Shown here: positions 19,832 to 31,795 of the stretch, piece by piece
Layout of the letters: each line of letters starts with the position of its first letter
Numbering within the stretch: position 1 is the stretch's first letter
Source of the DNA: a virus
DNA length: 64,000 bases
Virus record (IMG/VR): IMGVR_UViG_3300022555_000010
Span: 1 to 64,000 of that record
Direction: 5' to 3' (one strand)
The notes under the pieces: generated by a model
What the model saw: only the letters and a program-made list of their open reading frames with translations
The model's database searches: none
What the model was told of the DNA's origin: nothing
Made by a program: the position numbers and the translations under genes

Positions 19832-20952
19832 TATGATGGAAAAATTAAAAGTGTTGTGTGACCAGGTCAATGCAGCGGGAAAGAACTATGGTGAGCAATT
19901 GAACCCTGTGAGTGAAAAGAAGGAATTGATGACTATTCGTTTCACGGGTCGGAAGTATGTATTCAAGTTCCTGGGGGCGGCTTTGGCGGCTCTATTTCTT
20001 GGTCGGGCAACATTTCATATCTACAAGAGGGTATAATGAATGACAGGGCTAAAGATGCTATCAAGATCCTGGAGGAAGCGGAAGAGACTGAAGGCAAGGG
20101 TGCTGATTTGTATATCAGCAGTTTCTTTTGGGCTGTAATGCGTTGGGACTTGTTGAATAAAGACACCGATGTTACTCAAGTGACTGATGCAGAAGAATTG
20201 AAGACGGGACATATTGGGAACTGGCGTGGTCACAAGTTGTTCATAAAGAGGGATAAGTGAACGACATACTGAGAATTCCAAAGGTTCAAGAGCACATCCG
20301 GAAGGCGAAGGATGATGGGAAGTGTGTTCAGTGTCAGCATCCGTGGTATGACGGGATCTGTTCGTGCGGGAAGTATGGAGACGAGGAGAAGGCTATTTTA
20401 GAGATGGTTGAACCACTTCTCTCCGCGAACAACAGGGAGTTCGAGGCTAATCTCGTTTTGGTATTGAATAAGGAGATTGAGAAGATTGATGCAGGGTTGA
20501 AAACAGAGAAGGAACTGGAAGGACTGTGGAAGTAATATGAAAAACGTGAAATATAAAGATCAGGTTTTTAAACAGGTCGTGGCAGAAGATCAGAAGTCTT
20601 GTGAGGGTTGTTATTTCCTCACTCACCCGGAAGATCCTTCGGAACGTCCATGTGGCAAGGCTCCATTGGACCCGGATTTCCCGGAATGTCTGGCGTCTTT
20701 TCGTAAAGATGGCAAGCATGTGGTCTTTGTTCTGAAAGAGGGTTGATATGGCATTAACAGGTTGGAAGAATCCGGATGGATCGAATCAGTTGGAATGTCA
20801 GGTAAAGAAGGCATTCCTTTGTCGTTTTGGGATACATACACCCAGGATGTCTGCGAAATCCGCTGGGAAACGGTGTATCCATTGCAATCATATCAAGCCG
20901 GTTAAGGTGCCGATGATGGGCGGAGGTTGGGCATGAAAGAGGAGGACAAGAA

Positions 20953-21111
20953 ATGAATCAATGGATTTTAAAGTTTTTTGATTTGATTTCAAGGAACTAC
21001 GGACGTAGGGAGTATCGGTGTTCAACTTGCGGTTATGTGTTTGGATCAAGTGATGGTGACGAAATGTCTAAAAAGGCAACAGAACATTTGAAGGGGAATT
21101 GTAAGAAATGA
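20953..21111 (+). CDS. 52-aa zinc-finger-like protein; paralog of 553-726
   Basis: MNQWILKFFDLISRNYGRREYRCSTCGYVFGSSDGDEMSKKATEHLKGNCKK. Confidence 0.75.
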   Translation: MNQWILKFFDLISRNYGRREYRCSTCGYVFGSSDGDEMSKKATEHLKGNCKK

Positions 21112-21692
21112 GAGAAATATCTTCAAGAGTTAAAGGGGACGAGAGCACCATTGAGATCTCAGGGACGGAAGAGGAGATCAATGGCATCAGGGCGATGTTA
21201 CTCGGGAAGCATTGGATTATCGGGGGTAGTAAAGGCAAGTTGCTGACGGTGGATTACTACCATCAGTTGCCCCCGCCTGAAGATGATCCCTTGATCCCTC
21301 CGAAGTGGCAGACAGAGTTCGGTTCATTGCCGGATAGGTTCGCCCCGGATCTTCAAGAGCAGATGCCGGATGATTGTAAGGGTGGTTGGTGTTCACCATC
21401 ATTTTACATGAGTCATATCATTAACGCGAAGACTGATATGCCGAAGATCCAGGATTGGGGATTTGAGTGTCTGAGGAGTCGTCGTGGAGATGATGGGAAG
21501 TATTGGGAAGTTTGGTATCTTCCTGGGTCTTGGTCGGCGAAGGGTGAATTGAAGAGGCACATTGAGACATTGTCGAAGGATATGGCATGGGAGAAGAAGA
21601 CGGAGAGTATCTGTCATTGGATGGCTCAGCGTGTTATCTTTGGAAGTTTGAATGTGGTGGTGCAGAGGATGGCTTTGGCTAATTCGGATTGA
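21108..21692 (+). CDS. hypothetical phage protein
   Basis: 194-aa coupled ORF. Confidence 0.65.
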   Translation: MREISSRVKGDESTIEISGTEEEINGIRAMLLGKHWIIGGSKGKLLTVDYYHQLPPPEDDPLIPPKWQTEFGSLPDRFAPDLQEQMPDDCKGGWCSPSFYMSHIINAKTDMPKIQDWGFECLRSRRGDDGKYWEVWYLPGSWSAKGELKRHIETLSKDMAWEKKTESICHWMAQRVIFGSLNVVVQRMALANSD

Positions 21693-21992
21693 GGAGTGAT
21701 ATGAATATTGAAACGATTGAATATAAGACATTGAAGAGTTTTATTGCTGCTTGTCAGAAGAATGATATTCGGCTTGTGAAGATTATTACTCAACCGAGGC
21801 AGACTCTTAGTCCTAAAAAATTGCAATACAAGATTGAGGTAACGGTGACGGCATGTTCTAGGAAATCTCCAGTGTTGAGGGTTTTCAAGACAACGAAGAT
21901 GAACTGTAACGATGTTGTGCTTTGGTTTGAGATTGAGGGAATTAATGTCTCTCTAGGTGAGTGGACTAAGGAGTTACTGGAGTATCTGATTT

Positions 21993-22286
21993 GTGAGTGA
22001 GACTTGTGCATTTTGTAAGCGGACAGGCTGTCCAAAGACACATGGGCATCATGTTGTACCCCGGTGCAAGGGTGGGAAGGTCATTGAGCCGACCTGTGGG
22101 GCCTGTGGGAGTTTCATTCACGCGACCTGGAGTCATAACGAGTTGAGGGATACGTTCAACACGGTGGAGAAGATCCAGGCAGATGAGAGATATCAAAAGT
22201 TCTTGAAATGGTTGATGAAACAGCCTATTACGGCACATTACAGGACGGAGAGGCGAAATGGACGAGAAACAGGTAAATACCGATAA
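21993..22286 (+). CDS. small HNH endonuclease
   Basis: CAFC...HHVVPRCKGG...CGAC...IH. Confidence 0.75.
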   Translation: MSETCAFCKRTGCPKTHGHHVVPRCKGGKVIEPTCGACGSFIHATWSHNELRDTFNTVEKIQADERYQKFLKWLMKQPITAHYRTERRNGRETGKYR

Positions 22287-22923
22287 GGTTGAAGACATCT
22301 GTCTTGATTGTGGCCGGCCAAAGGCTCATTCATTTGAAGACATCAGTGTTGGATTATGTCCCAAGTGGTTTGCGATAAGGGACCAGGGAGCCGAGGATGA
22401 TTGTGTTCAACATACGGCCGGCAGACAATGGTGGGAGAACTTCAAGGGACGCTGTGTTGCCTGTCATAATGCTGTACCATCTACCCGGAAGAATGAGATG
22501 CTTTGTCAGTGTTCGAAGGCATGGAATAGGGGATTACCTTCACGGCCGGGTGGAACCAAGTTTGATGAGCCGGTTCACAAATTATATGGATGTGTGTATT
22601 ATGCAAGATGAAGAATTCAAGACTCTGGTGAGGGAAGCGGTGAAAGAGGAATTTGCTCACCAGGCAGAGCGGGAACTTGAAAAAGTGAACGAGGAGTTCA
22701 GAGCAAAGGTTGAATCCAGGTATCGACATCAAAAGGCTTTGTGCCGGGAGAAAGGGTTGCCTCCTCCCATTCCTCCTCCGTGGATGATGAACGAACAGAA
22801 GCCTGAGACAGATAAAGAAGATGTTAAGAGAAAAGAGATTGAGAAGAAGACGATACGGATGGGGTGTGTGGCGTTTGTTTTCATATGTCTTGGTGTGCTC
22901 CTGGCAATTGCGATATGTTCAAA

Positions 22924-23463
22924 ATGAAGACGAAGCAGAAAGATTGGACAAAGTTGGCCAGTTACACTGGGTTGACGTTAGATCAGGCAATGGAGACTTT
23001 GAAGTCCAAAGGTTTGATGTTGGCATTTGGGAAGGATGCCTGGGCCATAGAAGTTCTCAGGACTTTTCAGGATCACAATGATGAGGCTGGAGTGGCAGCA
23101 TTGACGGCGGCTTTGTTTGTAAACAAACACGGGGCGGCTAAGACAGCGACGACTGCGACCGGGATCTATATGGAACTATCCAAGGAAGCCAATGATGAGG
23201 ATATGATTCACCGGGTAAGGAACTTGGAATTTATGGTTTACTTTGCGGATCATGGTGGAACGACGCAAAAATTGGAGTGGCCGATAGTCTGGACCTTAAA
23301 TGATTCTGACAAAAGAGGTGGTCTGGCGAATATAATGCTTCATATGGCTATGATAGACCTCGGCAAGTTGGGGAGTTCTACGTCTGATACTGTGGCGGCA
23401 TTCGGGATACAGAGGTTTTTCGAGGAAAGCAAGAAGTTGAGGAAGATTCGTAAAGCGGCATGA
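22924..23463 (+). CDS. hypothetical protein
   Basis: ATGA-coupled start. Confidence 0.6.
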   Translation: MKTKQKDWTKLASYTGLTLDQAMETLKSKGLMLAFGKDAWAIEVLRTFQDHNDEAGVAALTAALFVNKHGAAKTATTATGIYMELSKEANDEDMIHRVRNLEFMVYFADHGGTTQKLEWPIVWTLNDSDKRGGLANIMLHMAMIDLGKLGSSTSDTVAAFGIQRFFEESKKLRKIRKAA

Positions 23464-24260
23464 AAAAGAAGGTTGTGGTCGTAATCCCGGTGCATTGTGT
23501 TCCGAAAGTGGCAATGATGACACTGGGAACCTGGTTAGAGGCCTGTGATGGCTCATACGAGGCTGAAATCATTCTGGGGGTACACGGGAACTACCATCAC
23601 TATCATGACGGCTTGTGGCAACTGAGAGGCCTTCCTGTTCGTATTTCAGAAGTCCAGGAGATGAATTGGAATTGTGATTCAAAGGAAGATTCTCTTCTTC
23701 GGTATTCAAAGATGCATTCAATCAGCCTAAAGGGGATGTTTGAGATGGCCGGGGACATCGGATTTGACCATTTGGCTGTGCTGGATCACGATTTGGTATT
23801 CAAGAGTGATTTTGTGGGCTGGTCAATGAGTCAACCGGAGGATCTGACCGGATGTTATTTAAGTGACAGGACAGAGTATATTCCGGTTCAAACATCCCTG
23901 GGGATGATGATGTTTGCTCCGAAGTTCAGTATATGGCATATGGTTATGACATCTCGTTTCTATCAGAAGATGATGGAAGATGTTGGATTGGTCTTTCCGC
24001 AGATTAGTGGGGGGTCATTCTATGACACATTCTCTCGGGTGATTGAGAAGAACAATTTGAGTTGGAAACTTCCGATGAAAGAGATGAAATCGGGGGATGT
24101 GGACGGGATGGTAAAGCATCTGTGGAGTATGTCATTTAACTTCGGGCCATATACGGTTGGAAATAACGAGTATTGCAATCGTTTGATTAAATGTGAGAAT
24201 GATTTTGATGAGAGATATCCCAATGGGATTGGTCATTTGTTTGAGAGGGTAGGGTTATGA
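23460..24260 (+). CDS. putative GT-A glycosyltransferase
   Basis: N-terminal VVVIPV, LAVLDHD (DxD), YDT. Confidence 0.6.
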   Translation: MKKKVVVVIPVHCVPKVAMMTLGTWLEACDGSYEAEIILGVHGNYHHYHDGLWQLRGLPVRISEVQEMNWNCDSKEDSLLRYSKMHSISLKGMFEMAGDIGFDHLAVLDHDLVFKSDFVGWSMSQPEDLTGCYLSDRTEYIPVQTSLGMMMFAPKFSIWHMVMTSRFYQKMMEDVGLVFPQISGGSFYDTFSRVIEKNNLSWKLPMKEMKSGDVDGMVKHLWSMSFNFGPYTVGNNEYCNRLIKCENDFDERYPNGIGHLFERVGL

Positions 24261-25000
24261 GTGACGGAATAAGAGAACCATTTCACAAGAATCCTCCGAG
24301 TGAGTTGTTTGAAACTTTGCTTACGGACACCAGTAGTATCTGGGCTGAGTGCGAATTCTGTGGCCGGACATTCTTTGAGGACGATCCAGGGGCGGGGGAC
24401 TGGGAAGCCGGGGAACTTGAAGGATTGCAAGAACGAGCGGCCAGGTCGCCACACCTTGTCATTGCAATGGATCATGTGGCTCAAGGGAGACTGAATGGTA
24501 AGACAGGGGTATTTGGTTGTCCCTGTAACTGGGCAACGCAGTATGAGGAATTCATCTGGGGACATCGTCGGTTCATTATGGATTACATTTCGGCGAAGGT
24601 GAAGGGGATTGTGGAGAGAGCTTTAGAGGATGAGGGCAAGGCAGAGCAGGCAAGTGGGGATGTTGTCCAGGTTGAATTGGCGGAACAGACGGTAAGATGT
24701 CCGGTATGTTTGAAGTTTGTGAGTCAATTGGCTATGCCTACACCGGATATTTGTATCCATTGTGTTCGCAGGCAGGAAGAGGCGAAGGAAGCGGCTAAAA
24801 TCGCGGCTGATCTTGAGAGACAGAAGCTGCGTGATGCCGAAAACGCCAAACGGGAGGCTCAAAGGATGAAAGCACAATGGGATAAAGAACAGCAGAGGAA
24901 TGAGGAATTTGAGGCAGAAGTGAGGAATAATATGGCTCGGGGTATGACTGAAGAGGATGCTCGGAGAGAAGCTGAAGGCTTCGATAATCTACCATTTTGA
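24257..25000 (+). CDS. hypothetical protein with Zn-binding motifs and coiled coil
   Basis: CEFC, CPC, CPVC..CIHC. Confidence 0.65.
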   Translation: MSDGIREPFHKNPPSELFETLLTDTSSIWAECEFCGRTFFEDDPGAGDWEAGELEGLQERAARSPHLVIAMDHVAQGRLNGKTGVFGCPCNWATQYEEFIWGHRRFIMDYISAKVKGIVERALEDEGKAEQASGDVVQVELAEQTVRCPVCLKFVSQLAMPTPDICIHCVRRQEEAKEAAKIAADLERQKLRDAENAKREAQRMKAQWDKEQQRNEEFEAEVRNNMARGMTEEDARREAEGFDNLPF

Positions 25001-25009
25001 GGAGAATTT

Positions 25010-25420
25010 ATGGCATTAACATGGCAACCAGAGAAGAGTGAGCAGTTGAAGGAACGATTCAATAAAGTAATCTCAAGAGTCTTTGACATTGAGAAGATGA
25101 TGAACGGGGAGGGGCAGAGGCCTGGAGAACTTCGGGATCACGTCTTTGACTTCGAGGATGGGATTCGTTTGATTGCCTCGATGGATAAGGTGGATGGTCA
25201 TATCTTTCTGCATGTGAGTGGAAGTTTACATCACAAGCAGATGACATCGGAAGAATTGACGAAGGCGATCGGTGAGAAGGTTGTCGAATTTTACAAGGGA
25301 CACATCTCTGGTGTAGCACAGGCGATCAAGACTGCCGGTGGAATTGTGCATATGTTGATAAAGATTGGTCCTGAATGGCAATCTAAGGTTGTGATGCCTC
25401 CTTTCTACAATGCTAACTAA
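25010..25420 (+). CDS. hypothetical phage protein
   Basis: HVFDFEDGIRLIAS...LHVSGS; GAGGAG RBS. Confidence 0.65.
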   Translation: MALTWQPEKSEQLKERFNKVISRVFDIEKMMNGEGQRPGELRDHVFDFEDGIRLIASMDKVDGHIFLHVSGSLHHKQMTSEELTKAIGEKVVEFYKGHISGVAQAIKTAGGIVHMLIKIGPEWQSKVVMPPFYNAN

Positions 25421-25679
25421 GTCCAAAATCTCCCTGGATACTCATCCCGTCTTTCAGCCGGCAGTTCATCTTGCAATAATTGAAGATAAAACTGTAGATT
25501 TTAAGCCTCAACAGATTTTGACACCTTGTCCGAAGTGTAAGGATTATGTGCCACATCGGTATGAGGACGGGAAGATGTTTTGTGATATTTGCAATGCGGA
25601 CATGGGGGATCTTTATATGACCCGGTCTTTCCATCGAGCACCGTTCGGGATCATTGTGGTTCGGCAGGAGAGGGATGAG

Positions 25680-25802
25680 GAATAATCCCGCTCGGTAACA
25701 TTTTGATGAGTTTATAAGAATAAGGCAGAATAATCCCGTTCGGGAACATTATGAAGAGTTTGGGGAAGGAATAGCCTTAAAAAGGAATATTGTGATGAGT
25801 TG
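25680..25802 (+). repeat. three degenerate 34-bp intergenic direct repeats
   Basis: GAATAATCCCGyTCGGkAACATTwTGAwGAGTTT at 25680 and 25728; weaker copy at 25769. Confidence 0.7.
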
Positions 25803-26142
25803 TGACAAAGAGTGGGTCCGGAAGGGTATAATCTTTTATGTGTAAATGGGGAGAAACAAAATCTTGCAGAGTGTGGGTGAATGCAGTGGATTCACACACC
25901 GGGCAAGGACATTGGGCCATAAAGGCTGTAGACGCTTGTATGGCTGATATGGTAGACAGACTGAATGCTGAAGGACGTTTGACAAGGTCGTGTTGTTGTG
26001 GGCATGGATTTGTAGATGGAAGTATCATAATGCAGGATGGGTCGGTAATTCCGGTCAAGGAGAAGATATGAATTGGATTTTTGCTCATTTTTGCTGACAA
26101 TATTATGTTCATACTGTATGGTGTTGATTTAGGAGATTGAGT

Positions 26143-26766
26143 ATGAACAAAATAGATCGAAAAGTCAGGGCGAAGAAATTAGGACTATGTAATCAATGTT
26201 ATTGTAATCCACGGCAGAAGGATAAGACAAGGTGTTCGAAGTGCTTAAGTCGATTACCGACTCGTGATCAAATAGAAGAAAAGAAGCAAAAAGCAAAAGA
26301 GTTGGGATTGTGTTCCAGTTGTTATACGAGGAAACCGGTAGAAGGAAAGACAAGGTGTCCCGAATGTCTTGCGAATGCAAAGAGAAATTGGGAAAAGTAT
26401 TGGAAAGATCCGACATTCCGAGAGACACAAAAGAAGAGGTCTGTTGAGTGGAATAAAAACAATAAACCACACAGAAACGAAAGGACGAGGAATCGTCGGC
26501 GTAAGATAAAAGAATTAGTTCTCAAACATTATGGTGATAAGTGTAATTGCCCAGGATGTGACGTTACAGAGCCGAAGTTTTTGACCATAGATCATATTAG
26601 TGGTGGAGGTAAGAAACATCGGAAGGAAATCGGGAGATTTGGTGGGGATTTCTATGAATGGTTGGTGAAAAACAATTTTCCGGATGGTTTTCAAGTTTTG
26701 TGTTTTAATTGTAATTGTGCAAAGGGATTTTTTGGTAAATGTCCACATGAGGAGAAAAACAAGTGA
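26143..26766 (+). CDS. HNH homing-endonuclease-like protein with repeated Cys motifs
   Basis: GLCxxC...RCxxCL twice; LTIDHISGGG, QVLCFNCNCAK; AT-rich. Confidence 0.8.
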   Translation: MNKIDRKVRAKKLGLCNQCYCNPRQKDKTRCSKCLSRLPTRDQIEEKKQKAKELGLCSSCYTRKPVEGKTRCPECLANAKRNWEKYWKDPTFRETQKKRSVEWNKNNKPHRNERTRNRRRKIKELVLKHYGDKCNCPGCDVTEPKFLTIDHISGGGKKHRKEIGRFGGDFYEWLVKNNFPDGFQVLCFNCNCAKGFFGKCPHEEKNK

Positions 26767-27152
26767 CGTATCTAATGGCTCATTTTTTAGGGGACTACTT
26801 CGCTCAGACAGATTTTATGGCACTAGGGAAGAAGAAGTCTTCCTGGGTTTGTCTGGGTCATGTGTTGACTTACTTGGTTCCGTTTTTCTTTGTGATTAAC
26901 TACCCAGATCCATATCTCCTGAATTCTAAGCCTCCATTCTGGATTGGGCTGATGGCCTGGCATCTTCAATGGTGGCAGATTGGACTGATTGGGATTCAAC
27001 ATTTCATTCAGGATAGAACCAATTTCGTTGTCTGGTTTATGAAGGCCAAGGGGAGTGGGAAGTTTACTGAGCCTCCAATGGGTCCATGGTCTGTCGTGGT
27101 GACTGACAATCTCATTCATATTATGTGGATAGCATTAGTGTTGTCGTTTTAA
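26763..27152 (+). CDS. DUF3307-like membrane protein
   Basis: AHFLGDYFAQT, HVLTY, HFIQD, DNLIH. Confidence 0.75.
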   Translation: MTYLMAHFLGDYFAQTDFMALGKKKSSWVCLGHVLTYLVPFFFVINYPDPYLLNSKPPFWIGLMAWHLQWWQIGLIGIQHFIQDRTNFVVWFMKAKGSGKFTEPPMGPWSVVVTDNLIHIMWIALVLSF

Positions 27153-29195
27153 GTGGGGTAATTATGCATACAATTCTGGTTTTGTTTAAGGTGGTTTGTA
27201 TCCTTGTTTCATTTGCGGCGGCTATTATTGGAGCAATGGCCGTTATGGCATTTTCGATGTCTGATAATGAATCGGAAGACTCCTACACTGGTTGGCTCAT
27301 TCTTGCGATTATTGGAATGATCTGTACATTCGTTTCCTTTGCATGGTTGTTTGTCAAATAGGGGACAGTATGATTGTGTTTTCAATAGTTGGTTGGGCTG
27401 TTCAGATCAAGAGGAAGGATGGGACAACCTTTCTCGCGTCGTCGGGGACTGGGGATACTCCGGCGATCTGGTGCAAACAGAATCGGAAGTGGGCTGTGAA
27501 GCATAAGAAGGAACTGCGAAAACACAACTTGAAATGTCGTGTTGTTCAGGTTCAATATTTCGAACCTTGGGTAGTGGAGGATAAGGAATGAAAAAGGAAT
27601 TTGTAAGTAACTGTTGTGGATCGTCAGTAATGATTGCCGGGGGAGGCATGACACATTGGAATGCCTGCTCAAAATGCGGGGAACAAACCATTCCCGTTGC
27701 GAAGAAAGAAGCGATTGTCGGTATTCGGGAAGATGGGCAGGTGAGGGCGGTCTGGTGTATTGATACTCCAGCAGATGAGAAGAAGATCCCAAAGGTTAAA
27801 AAGGAATGGAAAGCTCTGGGTCGAACAATCAAGAGACGTTCTCAGAGACACGCCTTCGCTCTGGGTGGACTACAATGGATGGAAGAGGTTGTGATATGAA
27901 TTTGAAAAAATGTGATTGCAAGGAATGGAAGAGGAGCATCGAGATATTGAATGGATATCTGACGATGGGGATGATACACGGGATGGGAGATTATCAAGGC
28001 AAGCCATTTGTGTATTGCCCCTGGTGTGGTAAGAAACGAAAACCCGAGTCTAAGAAGAAAAATGGATAAGTTGACTCCATATCAGGAAGACACACTGGAA
28101 GAGATTGAACGGCTCAAGGCCATTCTAAGGAAGCCAGGGCCTTATTATTTCGAGAGTGGCCGGGAAGCTACACGCAAGCAGATGGAAGCCAAGATACTGA
28201 ATCTGGCTCGAAGTGTGGCGATGGTGAATGACCGGGAGAGGGACTTGAAAAACGGTCATAAAAATGATCCCGGTGGTAGAAGTCGAAGCCCAAGTTGGGG
28301 ACGATTCAAATTTGAATGACGAAAGGTATAAATAATGAATAGCGAACTTGTTGGTGATAACACATCGAAGATTATTGCGGCTTTTGACGGTTGTACATCC
28401 TGTGGAGCGGGGAATCTTTACATCTCTGAGGATGCGGTTGGGTATATCATTGCTCGGGCGATGGATTTAAGGGCAGAGATAGTGACTCTTGCGTCACAAG
28501 TCGATAGGCAGAATCAACATATAGCCGAATTGAGCATACCAAGATGAGGAAGATTCAAGGATGGCGTTGTTTAAGATGTGATTGGACTCAAGACAGGGCA
28601 AAGCCAGAACCTCCTTTTACTCCAAAGGGATGTGAATGTGGTTGTTGGGACTTTGAATGCCCGAAGTGTAAGGGTGCTGTGGAGATGACGGAATTGACAC
28701 TGGTGGACTTGGAGGCAGTATCACGGGCGATTCTGAAACATCCTAATTTGGAGATTCCTGGTTTGTCAAAATTAGTAAGAGATTGGGGAAAGAATAAATG
28801 AATAGTGAGGCTTGTGATTTGAAAATATCAGAGGAAGACCTAAAGAAACACGAGGAGTTTATCAGGAGCTTGAGTGATTATGAGATCAAGGAACTTCTGG
28901 CTCTTTACCGGAGAGTTTATTACCCGGTCAAGCCTGTGGATAATAACTGTCGTGATGGATTTTGCGGGTCATGTGGTCGGGCAAGTGCGATCTTCTACAA
29001 TCAGAAAGGTGCCTGTGTCTGGTGTGGCCGACACAAGATGGATAAGGAGATCTGTTTGACTTGTGACCATTGGACCAAGGTCGTTGAACATAAAGTGTTT
29101 CGGCCGATCTTGCAATTGGATGGGGATTTGACCGTCAGGACGCTGGCGAATAAGGTAGCCGAGATTGTGACACGAGTAAACGATGGCAGGAGTCT

Positions 29196-29636
29196 ATGAT
29201 CAAGAATTACACAAGTAGTGTTCCGGTAGACAGGACTATCTCGAAGATTGAAGCGATCTTGGTTATTTGTGGGGCAACGAATATCGTGAAGGATTACCGG
29301 GATGGCAAATTGCATGCCATTTGTTTCGCGGTATTCCTACCTAACGAAAGAAAGATTGTGATTCGGCTGCCAGTGTATACCGAGGGCGTTTACAATATTC
29401 TTGCGAAGAAGGTGAAGAAGCCTCGGAAGGGAACCCAGGACAAGATCAAGGTTCAAGCCGAGAGAACAGCCTGGAAGTTGATGCAGGACTGGGTTGAGGT
29501 TCAACTATCGCTTATTTCAATGAATCAAGCAGATCTGTTACAGGTTTTTCTTCCGTATATATGGGACGGCCGGCAGACTTATTATGCCAGGATAGCAGAT
29601 GGTGGGTTCAAGCAGTTATCGATGTCTAATGAATAA
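29196..29636 (+). CDS. conserved phage hypothetical protein
   Basis: NYTSSVPVDRTI...QAERTAWKLMQDWV...VFLPY. Confidence 0.7.
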   Translation: MIKNYTSSVPVDRTISKIEAILVICGATNIVKDYRDGKLHAICFAVFLPNERKIVIRLPVYTEGVYNILAKKVKKPRKGTQDKIKVQAERTAWKLMQDWVEVQLSLISMNQADLLQVFLPYIWDGRQTYYARIADGGFKQLSMSNE

Positions 29637-29639
29637 TTC

Positions 29640-29669
29640 TTCCGTATTGCACCCTGATTTCTGCAATGT
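29640..29669 (+). promoter_or_regulatory. phage promoter motif (copy 6)
   Basis: TTCCGTAT-N15-GCAATGT, then GGGAG RBS and ATG 29690. Confidence 0.8.
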
Positions 29670-30334
29670 AGGGTCAAAGGGAGATATTTATGGACGACCT
29701 AATTGAAAAATATGAGAAAGAAATCAAGGATCTGACTGAGAAGAACATTCGCATGAAAGAAGCCTTGGAGTTCTATGCTGATGCAAAGAACTGGCGATCA
29801 CCGTCCTCGGGGTTCGCATCTCAATATGATCCCGAACCGGCACCGATGTCTCGGGACTGCGGCCGACAAGCGAGGAACGCACTATTATGAAAATTGTCAA
29901 AAACATAACGGTAAAGAAGGCGGAAGGTCGGAATCCTCTTCCTCCTCCGGCGACTCGATTATGGTGGAATGAGATACAGGCCATTTTACGGTCGTGGGCG
30001 TATGACGCAGCTCCTGAAGGAGGAAGTTATCTGAAATGTGATGCCAAGGTCGTGTTTGAAGATGATTCGGAATATCTCTGTCGGTTTGACTTGACTTGGA
30101 TTGGCCGAAATACCAATGGGGAAACACTTCAATATCAAGTGGAAAGGCAGTTAGGATGTTAACCATTGATTCAGAGTTGACTGACATAGAGCAGAAGAGG
30201 CTTGTGGAGATTCGGGGTGGATGCACTTGTTTTCTATGTCCACCTTGTTCGGCGTGTTCAGATCCGTTGACCCAGGATGAAGTGGATGAATTGAATGAGT
30301 GGGAGCAGAACGCATCAGGGAATGAGGTGGGACG

Positions 30335-30877
30335 ATGAAAGAGCATTCAAAGAGATATATTGTCTTGGCTCGAAAGGATAGGAAAACCGGGATCTATGAC
30401 TGTCTGGAGCACGTTTGGCTAAGGGAAGGTCAAGACCAGAATCTGCTTCGTTTATATGTCAAGATTGTGAACAGGATGCACGAAATCAGTAAGATTCGAG
30501 CCAAGATTAGTGAGTATGAGTTAAGGAAGAAACAAGAGGATCGATCTCTCAAAGATAGTCGGATGGTAATCTTCCGATCAAGGGTTTCTGACTTGGACTA
30601 TCGACCGATAAATCCGATTTTGAAACCCTTGATCGGATTTCGGAACGTGCCGTTTTTGAGTACATTGGAGAAGGAATTGAATGGTGGATTATTGGCTTGT
30701 GATGCCGAATCGGAGATGGCCAAGTCTGGAAGATTTGATGGTTATGTGTTCAAGGTAAAGGTCATACCTTCGAGTTCTCTTCGAGGATTTACAAGGCATC
30801 ATAATCTTGCTGAAACAAAGGCGACGACATATGATCAGTATATGAAGATTATCAAGCGGATTAGGGCCATGAAATGA
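30335..30877 (+). CDS. basic hypothetical protein
   Basis: 180-aa coupled ORF. Confidence 0.6.
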   Translation: MKEHSKRYIVLARKDRKTGIYDCLEHVWLREGQDQNLLRLYVKIVNRMHEISKIRAKISEYELRKKQEDRSLKDSRMVIFRSRVSDLDYRPINPILKPLIGFRNVPFLSTLEKELNGGLLACDAESEMAKSGRFDGYVFKVKVIPSSSLRGFTRHHNLAETKATTYDQYMKIIKRIRAMK

Positions 30878-31321
30878 ACTTAACTAAGGATGAAGAGAAA
30901 GCAGTCAAGGCGTTAAAGAGACTGGCAACGAAATGGCCAAAGTCTCTATGGTTGTTTTCTGCATCGGGGACACTGACAGTGATGAAGAAGAACAATGACG
31001 GGGAAAAAGCAATTGTACCAGGGAGAGCAGGCCGGAATGGAGAAGGTGCTTTTGACCCGGATTATATCGTGGATTCGATTAAGATTGAGAATGATGGAGG
31101 TGACTGGTGAGTAAATCGGAATTAGATGGTGAAAACAAGAAAGTTGATGATTACATCGCTAAGGTTGCTCATTGTTCGGCAGATATTCTCATCAATGAAA
31201 ACAAGGCAATGAGGCAAGCCCTTATCCTTGTCAAGGATATCAATATCAATATGACCAAATTAGGAATTGCTTCAACTCTGGAGAGAGTATTCACTATTTT
31301 GGAAGGGAAAGGTATAAGACT

Positions 31322-31795
31322 GTGAATGAACGGGGGATAGTTTGTTGTTTTTGTGGAGAGGCCTGGGGATATGCCGGGGAAGAACCCACTCAGGAATTGA
31401 TTAAGACGGCGGTTGATCACGAAAAGACCTGTGAGAAGAATCCTTACACGGCAAGAATTAAGGAACTTGAGAGTCTACTTAAAGAACAGAATCTTATTGA
31501 ACAAGCCACCCAAAGGCTTAAGTTTGATATGAACGATTCGAAGGCCTGGTATCAGTTGATCAACAGGATCAGCAAGACGGTCAAATGTCTCCCGGACTGT
31601 ACTCCTGATGGGAATGGACACATTGAGGCCGCCATCGTCAAACTGGCAGAGGAGAATGCGATTCTGACAATCTCATTGGGATTGGCGAGAGGTGCATTGA
31701 CGGATATTGTGATGAGTGCTCCGTTCAGCATGTCTCAAAAAGAGGGAATCCTGATTGATAATGCGAAGAAGGTTCTGGCCGGAACACGGAACTGA
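31322..31795 (+). CDS. hypothetical protein with N-terminal zinc finger
   Basis: CCFCG...HEKTCEKNP. Confidence 0.6.
   Translation: MNERGIVCCFCGEAWGYAGEEPTQELIKTAVDHEKTCEKNPYTARIKELESLLKEQNLIEQATQRLKFDMNDSKAWYQLINRISKTVKCLPDCTPDGNGHIEAAIVKLAEENAILTISLGLARGALTDIVMSAPFSMSQKEGILIDNAKKVLAGTRN

Noticed and set aside
25680-25802. Mini-CRISPR
   Set aside because: Gaps between repeats are only 14 and 7 nt and the repeats are degenerate.
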